The position numbers and the translations under genes were made by a program. The notes beneath the pieces are model-generated. The model was given only the letters and a program-made list of their open reading frames with translations. It had not been told where the DNA came from and searched no databases. Positions 50,483 through 60,016 of a stretch of 64,000 nt of DNA are shown here, one piece after another; positions within the stretch are counted from its first letter, which is position 1, and each line of letters starts with the position of its first letter. The stretch is from an uncultured Spirochaetota bacterium (lineage in GTDB: Bacteria; Spirochaetota; Brevinematia; Brevinematales; JAOACQ01), in contig CAVYGN010000002.1 in NCBI GenBank assembly GCA_963768055.1, positions 1,120,001 through 1,184,000 of the forward strand. The letters are read 5' to 3'.

Positions 50483-52033
50483 CTATAATTTGAAGTAACT
50501 GCTATCCCTGGCATACTTGAACGGTAGGTAAGTTTTAGGTGGATGATTCTCGTCATAAGGCTCTTTCAGATCAAGCTCTTTAACCAGGATGCTCTTTACA
50601 CTTGTATAGTTCGGAGTATCATAGAAAATTGCCCTCCTGCAGGCCGCTTCTAAGCGCTCTTTCGGATATTTCTTAGAAAGGAACAAAATACCTCTCGCAG
50701 AACGGAACCCGTCTATCTGTCTATTTGAAAGTATCCTTTCAACAACTTCCAGTGTCGTTTTTCCTATGTTTCCAGCCCAGGTAAGCAGGGATTGTGATGT
50801 TTCTGCCATATATTCTTCTTTGTAGGGCGGCGCGTGAAGGGGATTATGTGTATATTTCCATTTTATTCCGGATTTCTCATGAAGCGCTATCAATTCGTAC
50901 CCGGAATATACTTTTACAGACTTTGAATCTGCGCAGACCATTACTTCCTGGCCGATATACTTGTAAGGGACGCTATAGTATGAGCTGTCGTACTGAATCA
51001 GCCATTCGGGCCTTACAACGCAGGTTTTCCAGTTTATCATATCCCAATCTGTTAAAGGGAGCTTTGAGAGGGTCTTTGATTCTTCAATAAACATTTCGCA
51101 GGGGGATCTTCCTACGCCATGAATAATTCTGATATCTGCCGTGTCTTCATCCCATTTTTTAAGCGACTCTTCAAGATCAATTGATATGGGTATTTTGTGG
51201 CCTTTCTGTTCCTGTTTCTCGATGAAATACGGCCAGAAGTTTCTTTTAATATATTTGATATCATTCTCTACGCCGCCCTTGTGTTCCGGTTTCCCGGGAA
51301 GACATGGACTGATCATGAAATCGTAATACTTGGCCATTTCAAGAAAACTTCGATTAAAGATAGGGTCATAAAATGCGGCTTTTACAACGGCCGATTTCAG
51401 GTTGTCCGGCACGATCTTCTTCGGTATTCCTCCAAAGTGATGAAAAGAATGTATGATGCATAGAAAAAATGTCTCTTTTTTCTGGTTATAGACCACCTCG
51501 CGATATGCCTTACGGCTCTTTCTAAGCCTGCCGGAGAATACCCAGGCTTTTCTGTTCCTGCATTCCAGCGGATCATAGACTATGCCGAGATATCCGAAAT
51601 CCACTTCCATAACCCCGTCTTCAAGGGGTCTGATCATCACGCTTGGTTTCAAAGCAGGAAATTTTCTCTGTATATACCGCCGGACGGTTGTTTCGGATAT
51701 ATTTGCACAATCAGAAAATTCACTGATCAGCTTGTGAATAACCACATAACTTTTTTCATCTTCCCTGTATTTTTTTAGTTTCTCAATATGATTATCCAGG
51801 ATGTGAGGTTTTCCTTTGATATTTTCCGGCTCATTATATGCCAGGTCCATTTCTTTTTCTGTGGGCACGTCTGATGACGATGAAAGCCATTCCTTTTTAT
51901 CGCCTATATCCTTTATTTTTCTTATGACTTCCCGGTGTGTCCCGGTTTCTTTGTGGATATTTCTGATAGATTCGCCTTTCTTTAGCCGGGTCAATATTTC
52001 GATGAGTTGTGCCATGGTTTTTACCCTCGCCAT
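50483..52033 (-). CDS. istA: IS21 transposase
   Basis: EVDFG, GGIP..PDNLK, PEHKGGVEN, YYSVP. Confidence 0.95.
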   Translation of the reverse strand: MARVKTMAQLIEILTRLKKGESIRNIHKETGTHREVIRKIKDIGDKKEWLSSSSDVPTEKEMDLAYNEPENIKGKPHILDNHIEKLKKYREDEKSYVVIHKLISEFSDCANISETTVRRYIQRKFPALKPSVMIRPLEDGVMEVDFGYLGIVYDPLECRNRKAWVFSGRLRKSRKAYREVVYNQKKETFFLCIIHSFHHFGGIPKKIVPDNLKSAVVKAAFYDPIFNRSFLEMAKYYDFMISPCLPGKPEHKGGVENDIKYIKRNFWPYFIEKQEQKGHKIPISIDLEESLKKWDEDTADIRIIHGVGRSPCEMFIEESKTLSKLPLTDWDMINWKTCVVRPEWLIQYDSSYYSVPYKYIGQEVMVCADSKSVKVYSGYELIALHEKSGIKWKYTHNPLHAPPYKEEYMAETSQSLLTWAGNIGKTTLEVVERILSNRQIDGFRSARGILFLSKKYPKERLEAACRRAIFYDTPNYTSVKSILVKELDLKEPYDENHPPKTYLPFKYARDSSYFKL

Positions 52034-52250
52034 TCATTCCCCTCCTGTGTGATTTCAAAAATTATATCACATCAGGTGGGTCACTAAATACGCCGGGGGG
52101 TGGGTCACTTAAAGTGCCGATAGGTGGGTCGTTATTTTTGCCGACCCTGGGTCACTTGGGGTGCCGGATTGCACCCATAAAGAAATAGAAATATTGTTTA
52201 TTCTAGCATTAAAATAAGTTAAAATATATTTATAGTTATTAAGGATAGTT

Positions 52251-52439
52251 ATGCCAAAAGTAAAAATGGCAATTGATTTGATAGAAAAAGATGGATGGTT
52301 TATTTCAAGGATAAGAGGAGATCATAGACAATATAAACACCTAAGTAAGAAAGGTCTTGTAACAATCCCCGGTAAAATGTCTGATGATTTGGCTCCCGGG
52401 ACTTTTAATAGTATCTTAAAACAAGCCGGATTAAAGTAG
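52251..52439 (+). CDS. hicA: HicA toxin
   Basis: DGW..RGDHRQYKH..VTIP..GTFNSILKQAG. Confidence 0.92.
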   Translation: MPKVKMAIDLIEKDGWFISRIRGDHRQYKHLSKKGLVTIPGKMSDDLAPGTFNSILKQAGLK

Positions 52440-52447
52440 GAGGCACA

Positions 52448-52672
52448 ATGAAAAGATTTACTGTAAATTTCGAAAAAACTAATACAGGTTACAGCGCTTA
52501 TATACCGGACTTGCCTGGATGTGTAGCTACTGGCGCCACAAAAGAAGAATGTGAAAAGAGTATTTATGAGGCATTGAAGTTCCATATAGAGGGAATGGTC
52601 GAAGAAGGTTTGCCGATACCTGATAGTATCACAGATAGTGAAGTAATGTTTGTCCCGGATCTTGTAAAATAA
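52448..52672 (+). CDS. hicB: HicB antitoxin
   Basis: YSAYIPDLPGCVATGATKEE. Confidence 0.92.
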   Translation: MKRFTVNFEKTNTGYSAYIPDLPGCVATGATKEECEKSIYEALKFHIEGMVEEGLPIPDSITDSEVMFVPDLVK

Positions 52673-52684
52673 GAAAAACTATAG

Positions 52685-52993
52685 AAAACTTCTGCCAGTC
52701 CCCTGCAAGTAAAATCATTTTGCAAGTTGCGTAATTCGTTGCGGAAAAATAAGTTGTGGAATATCCGTATCCCCCTCTCTACGAATCCTGTAATTCTTTA
52801 CCCTGCAATCATTTGTGTTAATTTATCTTGATTTTATGTGGTTAGAGTGGCTCATTTGGTTGAAAAAAGGGTATTCTATCAAATTCTTACCAATCCAGCC
52901 AAACCTGCCAAAAAAAGCATTTTTATTAAAATTTGCCAGTCTGGTGCCGGTAAATTATATAGAGTTACGAGTTTTACTGACACTGGAAAAAAT
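52685..52993 (+). repeat. ~300-bp att-like repeat, copy 2
   Basis: AAAACTTCTGCCAGTCCCCTGC...TTTACTGACACTG; tRNA-3'-like core at 52764-52788. Confidence 0.85.
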
Positions 52994-53019
52994 ATGTTTT
53001 TTGAATAAAAAAAAGAATA

Positions 53020-53307
53020 TTATGATACTCGCCGTTTTAAGATATCATAAAAATTTTCTCTTTTCCCAATCATCAGGATTGTAACAATATTTTCATTTTC
53101 ATTGATGATAAAACATATCCTGTATTCTGTTCTTACTTCCTTGAAATGATAAGAATATATTCCATTTAGGTTGCCTGTTAATTTTTCATATTTGAAAGGG
53201 TCTCTAAGAATATTGTCAATATGACTCTGCTGAATTTTTTTAATAACTGTGTAATCCAATGATTTTAAATCTTTTTTGACTTGAGGATGATATTCATCCT
53301 TAAACAC
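53020..53307 (-). CDS. relE: RelE/ParE-family toxin
   Basis: KKDLKSLD..LTGNLNGIYSYH..EYRI..IGKRENFY. Confidence 0.88.
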   Translation of the reverse strand: MFKDEYHPQVKKDLKSLDYTVIKKIQQSHIDNILRDPFKYEKLTGNLNGIYSYHFKEVRTEYRICFIINENENIVTILMIGKRENFYDILKRRVS

Positions 53308-53482
53308 TAAATATTTCCGCTCTTGAAATGGGTTTGACCTTCTTTTTTTCTATTTCGTTTTTTCTCTTGATTAAATTTCCGGAAATTCCGGAAAGCAAAA
53401 CTAATAGAGTTTCTTTATCATGGCGATTTAAATTATTAACAGTTTCAGCCAGTGTTTCCATGCTGATTTTTAATTGGGGCAT
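53300..53482 (-). CDS. Putative antitoxin for RelE
   Basis: Small gene overlapping the relE start; GGAGG RBS; KVKPISRAEIF tail. Confidence 0.75.
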   Translation of the reverse strand: MPQLKISMETLAETVNNLNRHDKETLLVLLSGISGNLIKRKNEIEKKKVKPISRAEIFSV

Positions 53483-53567
53483 ATTGTCCTCCATTCTGAC
53501 CACATTAAAATTTTAACTAATGGAATGGTTTGTGTCAAACGGCTTATAAATATGAGAATTTTAATAA

Positions 53568-53888
53568 AAAACTTCTGCCAGTCCCCTGCCAGTAAAATTA
53601 TTTTCCGGGTTGTGTTATTCTATGCAGAGTAATGAATTATAGGATATCCGTATCCCCATCTCTCCGATATCCTGTAAGTCTTTACCCGCCAATAAGTTAT
53701 GCCGAATTATCTTGATTTTATATGGTTAGAGGGGTTCATTTGGTTGAATAATGGCTACTTTATGAAATTCTAACCAATCCAGCCAAAAAAAGCATTTTTA
53801 ACAAAATTTGCCAGTCAGGTGTCTCTGATGGCCGAAGGCTGCCAGTAGATTATAATTAGTTACGTGATTTACTGACACTGACAAAAAT
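53568..53888 (+). repeat. ~300-bp att-like repeat, copy 3
   Basis: Collinear with copy 2; core at 53647-53668. Confidence 0.85.
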
Positions 53889-54178
53889 AGGAGTTTGATT
53901 AGTGAAAATGTGTATCTTAGAGTTTTTCAGTCAACGCACTGTTCAAAATGCACTCTTTGTGAAAACTAGTCAATTTTAACAGGTTAACAGGTTAAATTGT
54001 GCGTTAATTTCTTCTCGGTAAAGAATGCTCTCAATATTGGTAAATTTGGAGAGTTATTTGGGAAATCTTGGCTTAAATTTATAAGTAAAGAAAGCATGCT
54101 CGGCAATTCATCTTGACAAAATTGATATTTCTTATTTAATTTTATTTAGGACATTTACAAACAAAGAAGGGGGAGATA

Positions 54179-54745
54179 ATGAGAAAACTTATATGGCAAA
54201 TGAGTGTTTCTTTAGACGGTTATGCAGATCATACAGAGGTAATTGCAGATACCTCCCCCGAAGCTTTCGATGAGTTGTTTGATTTTACCACTAAACAATG
54301 GGATCAAATGGATTTCTTGTTGTTCGGACGGGTTACTTATCAACTTATGGAGGTCTGGCACAAAGTTCCCGAAGACCCTAATGCAACAAAGAAGATGATT
54401 GAATTTGCAAACAAGTTTAATGCTATGCCAAAAATTGTATTTTCACGATCCCTCCAGAAAACTGTGCGGGAGAATGAAAGATTGATAAGAGATAATGTCA
54501 TTGAAGAAATTATCAAATTAAAGCAGCAATCTGGCAAGGACTTATCCATAGGCGGTTTAAACCTCCCTCAAGAATTTATAAGACATGGATTGATTGATGA
54601 ATACCTACTTTTGCTTCAACCTCATATTTTAGGGAAAGGGAAGCGTTTGTTCGATGGTTTAGAAGAAAAAATCAAACTGAAACTTATTAATACGGTGACG
54701 TTTCAGTCCGGTGTAGTCGTTTTACGCTATTCCTCTGAAAAGTAA
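54179..54745 (+). CDS. Dihydrofolate reductase/RibD C-terminal family protein
   Basis: VSLDGY, LFGRVTY, PKIVFSR, GLIDEY..P.ILGKGKRLF. Confidence 0.9.
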   Translation: MRKLIWQMSVSLDGYADHTEVIADTSPEAFDELFDFTTKQWDQMDFLLFGRVTYQLMEVWHKVPEDPNATKKMIEFANKFNAMPKIVFSRSLQKTVRENERLIRDNVIEEIIKLKQQSGKDLSIGGLNLPQEFIRHGLIDEYLLLLQPHILGKGKRLFDGLEEKIKLKLINTVTFQSGVVVLRYSSEK

Positions 54746-54762
54746 GTTTTCCTCCACTAAAT

Positions 54763-54920
54763 GGGGTAGCCGCAGAATTCGGACAAATTGGTACAACGTT
54801 AATGATTGGGGAAACTCAAAAAAAACCGTAAAATTCTAATTTTACACTCCGGAGAATAACCCGGCGAGTAAATAAGACCATGAGGCGGGAAAACAGGGGG
54901 CCCTATAGAGGGCAAAATTT
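54763..54920 (+). repeat. Tn3-family IR plus subterminal sequence, copy 2 (degenerate)
   Basis: GGGGTAGCCGCAGAATTCGGACAAATTGGTAC...GGCAAAATTT, homologous to 41023-40865. Confidence 0.8.
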
Positions 54921-54982
54921 CAGGGGGTGTGGATCCTTCGCATTCTAACAAGATAAATGGTTCCAAATGAATGAAATATTAT

Positions 54983-55948
54983 TTAATCGTTTGTAATCAT
55001 TTTATTAGTTATGATGGAATTTGAACTTATTGTTTCGTTGGTGTTAACAACTTTTGTATTGAGGTCATTGGGTTCAATGAAATCAATATATTCATTACCA
55101 ATAATAAAATTATTTAATTTCAGTTCAAATCTCATTTTCCCCTTATGAGCATTTCTGTCATTGTATATATTATTGTGCCAAGTATTCCAACTTACTGATT
55201 TTGGATGGAACTTATAACCACCCTGATCAATAATATTATTATTGCTATCATAAACAGTTGTTACCAAATAATATGTGTTTTTAGATAAATTAAACCATTT
55301 AACATAAAAATACAAATCTTGATCGCGCCCTAAAATATAATAATTAACCTCTGGGTTATTATTACCTGCCCTTAAATGAAAAACTGCCTTATATTTTATA
55401 TTAGTTTGATCTTCCTTACTTAAAATGAGATTGGATGCTCCCATAGGGTCTACCGAACTCGAGTATAGGGCCAGGGCCCCCGTTATATTAGTATTGGTAC
55501 TTACAAAATCAATGAATTCATTTCCAAGCACATAATTGTTAAGAGTAATCTCAAACCTGTATTTTCCGGGTGCTATGTTAGCATTGTATTTTCTTTTAAA
55601 CCATGTTCTGAAATAATATTCTTGCATCTGGAAATAATTATGGAAACTGTCGATAATTTTATTACTTTCATTATAAACTTTTAAAGATAGCAGATATTTA
55701 TCATTTGGCATCTTCCATTCTATATATATAATCAAGTTCCTGCCAGAATCCAGCGAATATTTATCCAATTTACCCACAGGTTTAAAAACCCTATCCAGCA
55801 AGTCTGTAAAGGTTAGATCATACCATATATTCGAAGCATTATCCTTTGTCAATGGCCTTATCCAATATTTGCCGATTTTTATCAAATTGTCATCGGTAAA
55901 CCCCGCCAAAGTAGTTGTGAATAATAATAATAGCATAATTTTAATCAT
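54983..55948 (-). CDS. Secreted protein with two homologous beta-rich (Ig-like) domains
   Basis: Signal peptide; GKYRFEITLNNYVLGNEFIDF vs GKMRFELKLNNFIIGNEYIDF. Confidence 0.75.
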   Translation of the reverse strand: MIKIMLLLLFTTTLAGFTDDNLIKIGKYWIRPLTKDNASNIWYDLTFTDLLDRVFKPVGKLDKYSLDSGRNLIIYIEWKMPNDKYLLSLKVYNESNKIIDSFHNYFQMQEYYFRTWFKRKYNANIAPGKYRFEITLNNYVLGNEFIDFVSTNTNITGALALYSSSVDPMGASNLILSKEDQTNIKYKAVFHLRAGNNNPEVNYYILGRDQDLYFYVKWFNLSKNTYYLVTTVYDSNNNIIDQGGYKFHPKSVSWNTWHNNIYNDRNAHKGKMRFELKLNNFIIGNEYIDFIEPNDLNTKVVNTNETISSNSIITNKMITND

Positions 55949-56383
55949 TATTTCCCTCCTCTTCGCGGATGGTTACCCTAGAATGCCGAGACTATCAAAA
56001 TTTAGAAAATCCTTATTTTTAATCTGAATATTATTAACCTTCAAAAGGTTGAAAAATCTTAATTTATTTAAAATTTATTGTCAATATTCATGAAAATAAG
56101 AGAAGACTATTTAAGAAATTCCCAGGTTGTGGATCCTCACAATTCTAACAAAAGGAAAGTCGGTTCTGAAGTCATTAAGCAATATAAATGCAAATATAAT
56201 AAAATTGAATCTAATGTGACTTTTGTCGGCAATGTTGGAGGTACTCCATTAAGATCAAATGTCACTTTAATTTTCTTTAATTAAATCGGCGGCTTGTAAA
56301 ATTCTCAAACCTTTGATAAATAAAAATATTCCAATTCCCCGTGTGTTAGGATAGTTGTCGCCTAAAATATTAGGAGACAAAAA

Positions 56384-56866
56384 ATGAATAGTCAAATTCG
56401 TTCAGAGGAATTCAGGAAATCTATCGTTCAAAAGATGTGTATGCCAGGAGGAAAAACAGTATCTGAACTGAGCCAGGAAATAGGAGTATGTGAACAAACC
56501 CTTTACAACTGGAGGAAAATGATCCAGAATAATGTATCCAGAGGATTCCAGGATAGAAGCCCGAGAGGCTGGAAATTATCTGATAAATATCAGGCGGTAG
56601 TAGACGCAGCAAGCCAATCGGGAGAAGAGTTAGGACAGTGGTTGAGAAAAAATGGTCTCCAGTCGACTCATATCGAACTCTGGAAACAGGAGTGTTTATC
56701 AGTGATATCTAATAACTCATACAGAGAAGAAAACAAGGGTTTGAAAGCAAAAATCATAGAGTTAGAAAAAGAAATTAACCGTAAGGATAAAACTATAGCC
56801 GAGGTTACTTCTCTGCTGGTGCTTAAAAAAAAACTGAACAAGCTGTTCGGGATCGAGGAAGATTAA
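56384..56866 (+). CDS. IS3 transposase OrfA
   Basis: HTH (GVCEQTLYNW), LLVLKKK. Confidence 0.9.
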   Translation: MNSQIRSEEFRKSIVQKMCMPGGKTVSELSQEIGVCEQTLYNWRKMIQNNVSRGFQDRSPRGWKLSDKYQAVVDAASQSGEELGQWLRKNGLQSTHIELWKQECLSVISNNSYREENKGLKAKIIELEKEINRKDKTIAEVTSLLVLKKKLNKLFGIEED

Positions 56867-56871
56867 CTCCA

Positions 56872-57900
56872 TTGGATATACGCATAGATATCTGTGCCTT
56901 GATTAATGAGGCTGTTACGACAGGGGCCAGCAGGGATAAGGCTTGTGAAGAATCTGGCTATGATATAAGGACCATACAGCGCTGGAATAAAAATCTTGAG
57001 GGAGACAGAAGAAAATTGAGAAATGTAATGCCTTCAAATGCCCTGTCGGCCGAAGAAAGGGAGGAGATCATCTCCTGCTGTTGCAGCGAGAGATTTAGAG
57101 ATATGACGCCGAATGAAATAGTGCCCATGCTGGCAGAGGAAGGTCGGTATATAGCATCAGAATCATCTTTTTACCGCGTTTTAAAGGACAATGATTTGCT
57201 GCACCATAGATACGAAACGAAGCCGAAAACGGCAAGGAAAACGCCAAGAGAACTGGAAGCGACGGGTCCTAATCAGGTATGGAGTTGGGATATTACATAT
57301 ATATCCAGTCATATAAAAGGTAAGTATTTCTACCTCTATATGATCGAAGATGTCTGGAGCCGTAAGATAGTCGGCTGGAAAATGCACGAGGAGGAAAGCT
57401 CTGATCATGCCGCAAGAATGGTGGCAGAGATCGGAGAAACCATTGATTTGAAAGGCTTGTATTTACATTCTGATAATGGTTCTCCTATGAAAGGGGCTAC
57501 GATGTTAGCGACCTTGCAGAGGTTACAGGTTATGCCGTCGTTTTCAAGGCCGAGTGTAAGTAACGATAACCCTTACTCAGAATCATTGTTTAAAACATTG
57601 AAATATAATGTGAAATACCCAGGCAATTTCGAGACAATGGAATCGGTAGAAATATGGATGCAAAATTTTGTAGACTGGTATAATAATAAACATCTTCATT
57701 CAGGGATCGGATATGTCACACCAGCACAGAGACATGAAGGTAAAGATAAGGCGATACTCCTGAAGAGAGCGGAAACTTATGCGGCTGCAAAAAGCAGACA
57801 TCCTGAAAGATGGTCAGGAGAATCTAAAAAATGGGAACGGATAGAATCGGTATTTTTAAACCCGAGTAAGACTAACAAGGAATCGTTGGTTGCGGCGTAA
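56872..57900 (+). CDS. IS3 transposase OrfB (DDE)
   Basis: WSWDITY, HSDNGS, DNPYSESLFKTLK. Confidence 0.93.
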   Translation: MDIRIDICALINEAVTTGASRDKACEESGYDIRTIQRWNKNLEGDRRKLRNVMPSNALSAEEREEIISCCCSERFRDMTPNEIVPMLAEEGRYIASESSFYRVLKDNDLLHHRYETKPKTARKTPRELEATGPNQVWSWDITYISSHIKGKYFYLYMIEDVWSRKIVGWKMHEEESSDHAARMVAEIGETIDLKGLYLHSDNGSPMKGATMLATLQRLQVMPSFSRPSVSNDNPYSESLFKTLKYNVKYPGNFETMESVEIWMQNFVDWYNNKHLHSGIGYVTPAQRHEGKDKAILLKRAETYAAAKSRHPERWSGESKKWERIESVFLNPSKTNKESLVAA

Positions 57901-58707
57901 AATAAAAGCGACAACTCCCTTGACAAAAACCGCAATTATTATGCCTATTAATGTAAATGTACTGTTAAAATATGGTAAGGATCTATAGAAAATAGAAGAA
58001 TAAGTTATTATCATTGAGAAAACGAAAAACATAACGGGGAATATTATACTTGATAGGAGATACATTTTATAACCTGCTTCCCACATTTCATTGGTTGTAT
58101 TATTTCTATAAGCCAAAGCTTTAAATCCTGCATCATTATTGCCCTGAACGGCAACGACAATATTGTCATTTTTGGAGACTGATACAGGTTTATAGGATTT
58201 GACTATAATAATTTTTTCATTCAACATAAACATAAAGATATAAGTTCTTACCATAAATCTTATAGTGCTCACGCCATATCTATATTGAATAGGCATATAA
58301 TATGGTTTATCTTTTATTGTTTTATCTATTGTGGTAGCTAGACCTTTAAGTATTTCCATCTGGTAAGACCCCTAAAAATTGTATTATTAAATATTTACCA
58401 TTTGACACCTTGTTCTCCCGAAAAAATACTTCACAAATTACTCGAAGTAAAAAAATATATTTTAAGAGAAATTCTATTTTACTAATCCTTTATTGTCAAA
58501 TGCAAGAAAATAAAAGAGGAATAGACCAGGGATTTACAAACTGTGGATCCTTCTATCGCTTTTCACAAAGAAATATGGCATAAAGGTTATAGAATTTTTA
58601 TTTTGGAGAAAATACTAATTTGATACCGTTTCATAGAAAATGCTAATACGATACCCCTCTAACTGAACTCCTACTTCAGCAAAAGGGGTAAGAATTCCTT
58701 GTGAATA

Positions 58708-58845
58708 GGGGTGGACGCAGAATTCGGGAAAAATAGTACGCTAAGGATTTAAGGGTTATCCCCCAAAAACCTGCAAAATTCCAAATATACGCCCCGGTGA
58801 ATACCTCGTTAGCTAAATTAAGGACATGGGGCAGGAAAGTCAGAC
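58708..58845 (+). repeat. Tn3-family IR plus subterminal sequence, copy 3
   Basis: GGGGTGGACGCAGAATTCGGGAAAAATAGTACGCTAAG (58708-58745). Confidence 0.88.
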
Positions 58846-58925
58846 TGTGAATCTAAACAATTTTAACAAAGAAAGTTTTAGATTAATCTTTGTATATGTT
58901 TATATTATCTGAAATTATTTCAAAT

Positions 58926-59045
58926 TTACAAATGTTTTCCGGATCCAAACTCCCAATGCCACTTGAAATTTTTATTATCTATGGTTGTTTTGATATAACC
59001 AGATTTTCCTTTTGTTTCAATTTCAACATGAATATTATAATCCAT
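58926..59045 (-). CDS. 39-aa possibly leaderless ORF or truncated cassette gene
   Basis: ATG 5 nt after TTGACA-17-TAGAAT; MDYNIHVEIETKGKSGYI...WEFGSGKHL. Confidence 0.4.
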   Translation of the reverse strand: MDYNIHVEIETKGKSGYIKTTIDNKNFKWHWEFGSGKHL

Positions 59046-59172
59046 AAAAAATTCTATTTTATCCAATTACTATTGTCAATGTTAGAGTGTGGATCCTTCG
59101 CAATTCTAACAAAGAAAAACTTCCAACCTAGTTGAAACCTGCTATTTTCAAAAAATATAGTGGATAATTAAT

Positions 59173-59907
59173 TTAATTTTTTATGGCTATTACTGTGTTA
59201 AACCAAAATCCCTGGGGTAGAAATTTGGGTTTTTCAATCCTGACTGACATTCCAGCCTTAGAGAAAACATCTTTGTATTCTTTAATAAAAAAATAAGCCG
59301 CGTCAGATATTATGACAATCCCTCCGGGTTTAAGAACACGGTAAATTTCCAGGCAAGCGCTGTATCTTTCCTTTTTCGAAGGTATATTATGAAGGCATAG
59401 ATTTGAAAGTACAATATCAAAATATCCTCCGGGAAAAGATGTTTTTATTATATTTTCGTTTTTAATCTCAATCCTGCCGGAAACATTTTCTATTTCAGCG
59501 TTCTTAATTGCACTGTCAGCTATATTAACCGCCATATCCTGCTGTCTCCAGATGTCAATCCCTATCGACTTCCCATACGGCAGTTTTTTAGCGGCACCAA
59601 TCATAAGCAAGCCATGTCCTGTTCCGACATCAAGGACGGTTTCGTTTCCCTTCCATTCAATATTTGATAATATAGCATCCCTGTGCTTTAATTTTCCAAT
59701 CCTTATATAAATGATCAACTTGGTCGCTCTGTACAAAATAACAATCCCGAAAATCAAAATAACACAAGCGGCTAAACGAAATAAAAGCCCATGTAAAACA
59801 AAAAGTGAAACAATAAGAGTTGCATCGGTTACAACAGCTATTATCAAAGTAATGATCGTAACCCGCGGGTTGCCATCCCAGCCGTAATCGGGATTTACCT
59901 GTTTCAT
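59173..59907 (-). CDS. Class I SAM-dependent methyltransferase with N-terminal TMs
   Basis: VLDVGTGHG, GIDIW, FDIVLSNLCLHN, RVLKPGG. Confidence 0.9.
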   Translation of the reverse strand: MKQVNPDYGWDGNPRVTIITLIIAVVTDATLIVSLFVLHGLLFRLAACVILIFGIVILYRATKLIIYIRIGKLKHRDAILSNIEWKGNETVLDVGTGHGLLMIGAAKKLPYGKSIGIDIWRQQDMAVNIADSAIKNAEIENVSGRIEIKNENIIKTSFPGGYFDIVLSNLCLHNIPSKKERYSACLEIYRVLKPGGIVIISDAAYFFIKEYKDVFSKAGMSVRIEKPKFLPQGFWFNTVIAIKN

Positions 59908-60016
59908 TCAAAACCCCTATTTTTTATATGGAATTATAAATGCTTAATAGAGATTGTTCAATAATAACCTAATTATGAAATCATGTGACTCGAAAAGTCT
60001 TTTGTTAAAACATACG

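Larger units (their letters stand above)
49620..52173 (-). mobile_element. IS21-family element with 5-bp TSD CCCAT
   Basis: Ends TGCCGTCCGGCA..GTGACCCAGGGTCGGC and its inverse; CCCAT at 49615-49619 and 52174-52178. Confidence 0.95.
56337..57932 (+). mobile_element. IS3-family element with TSD CAATT
   Basis: Imperfect IRs sharing AGTTGTCGC; CAATT at 56332-56336 and 57933-57937; orfA/orfB in -1 relation with an A-run near 56825. Confidence 0.9.
56267..58359 (-). pseudogene. Membrane-protein gene interrupted by IS3
   Basis: Removing the IS and one TSD restores ..TLIGIIIGIFLFIKGLRILQAADLIKEN*. Confidence 0.8.

Noticed and set aside
41023..54763. Composite Tn3 transposon around the resolvase
   Set aside because: The IRs point outward rather than inward, and no matching TSD or tnpA is present
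53958..59113. Classical integron attC array or CRISPR
   Set aside because: No RYYYAAC..GTTRRRY hairpins directly after stops, no IntI, and spacing is gene-sized and irregular
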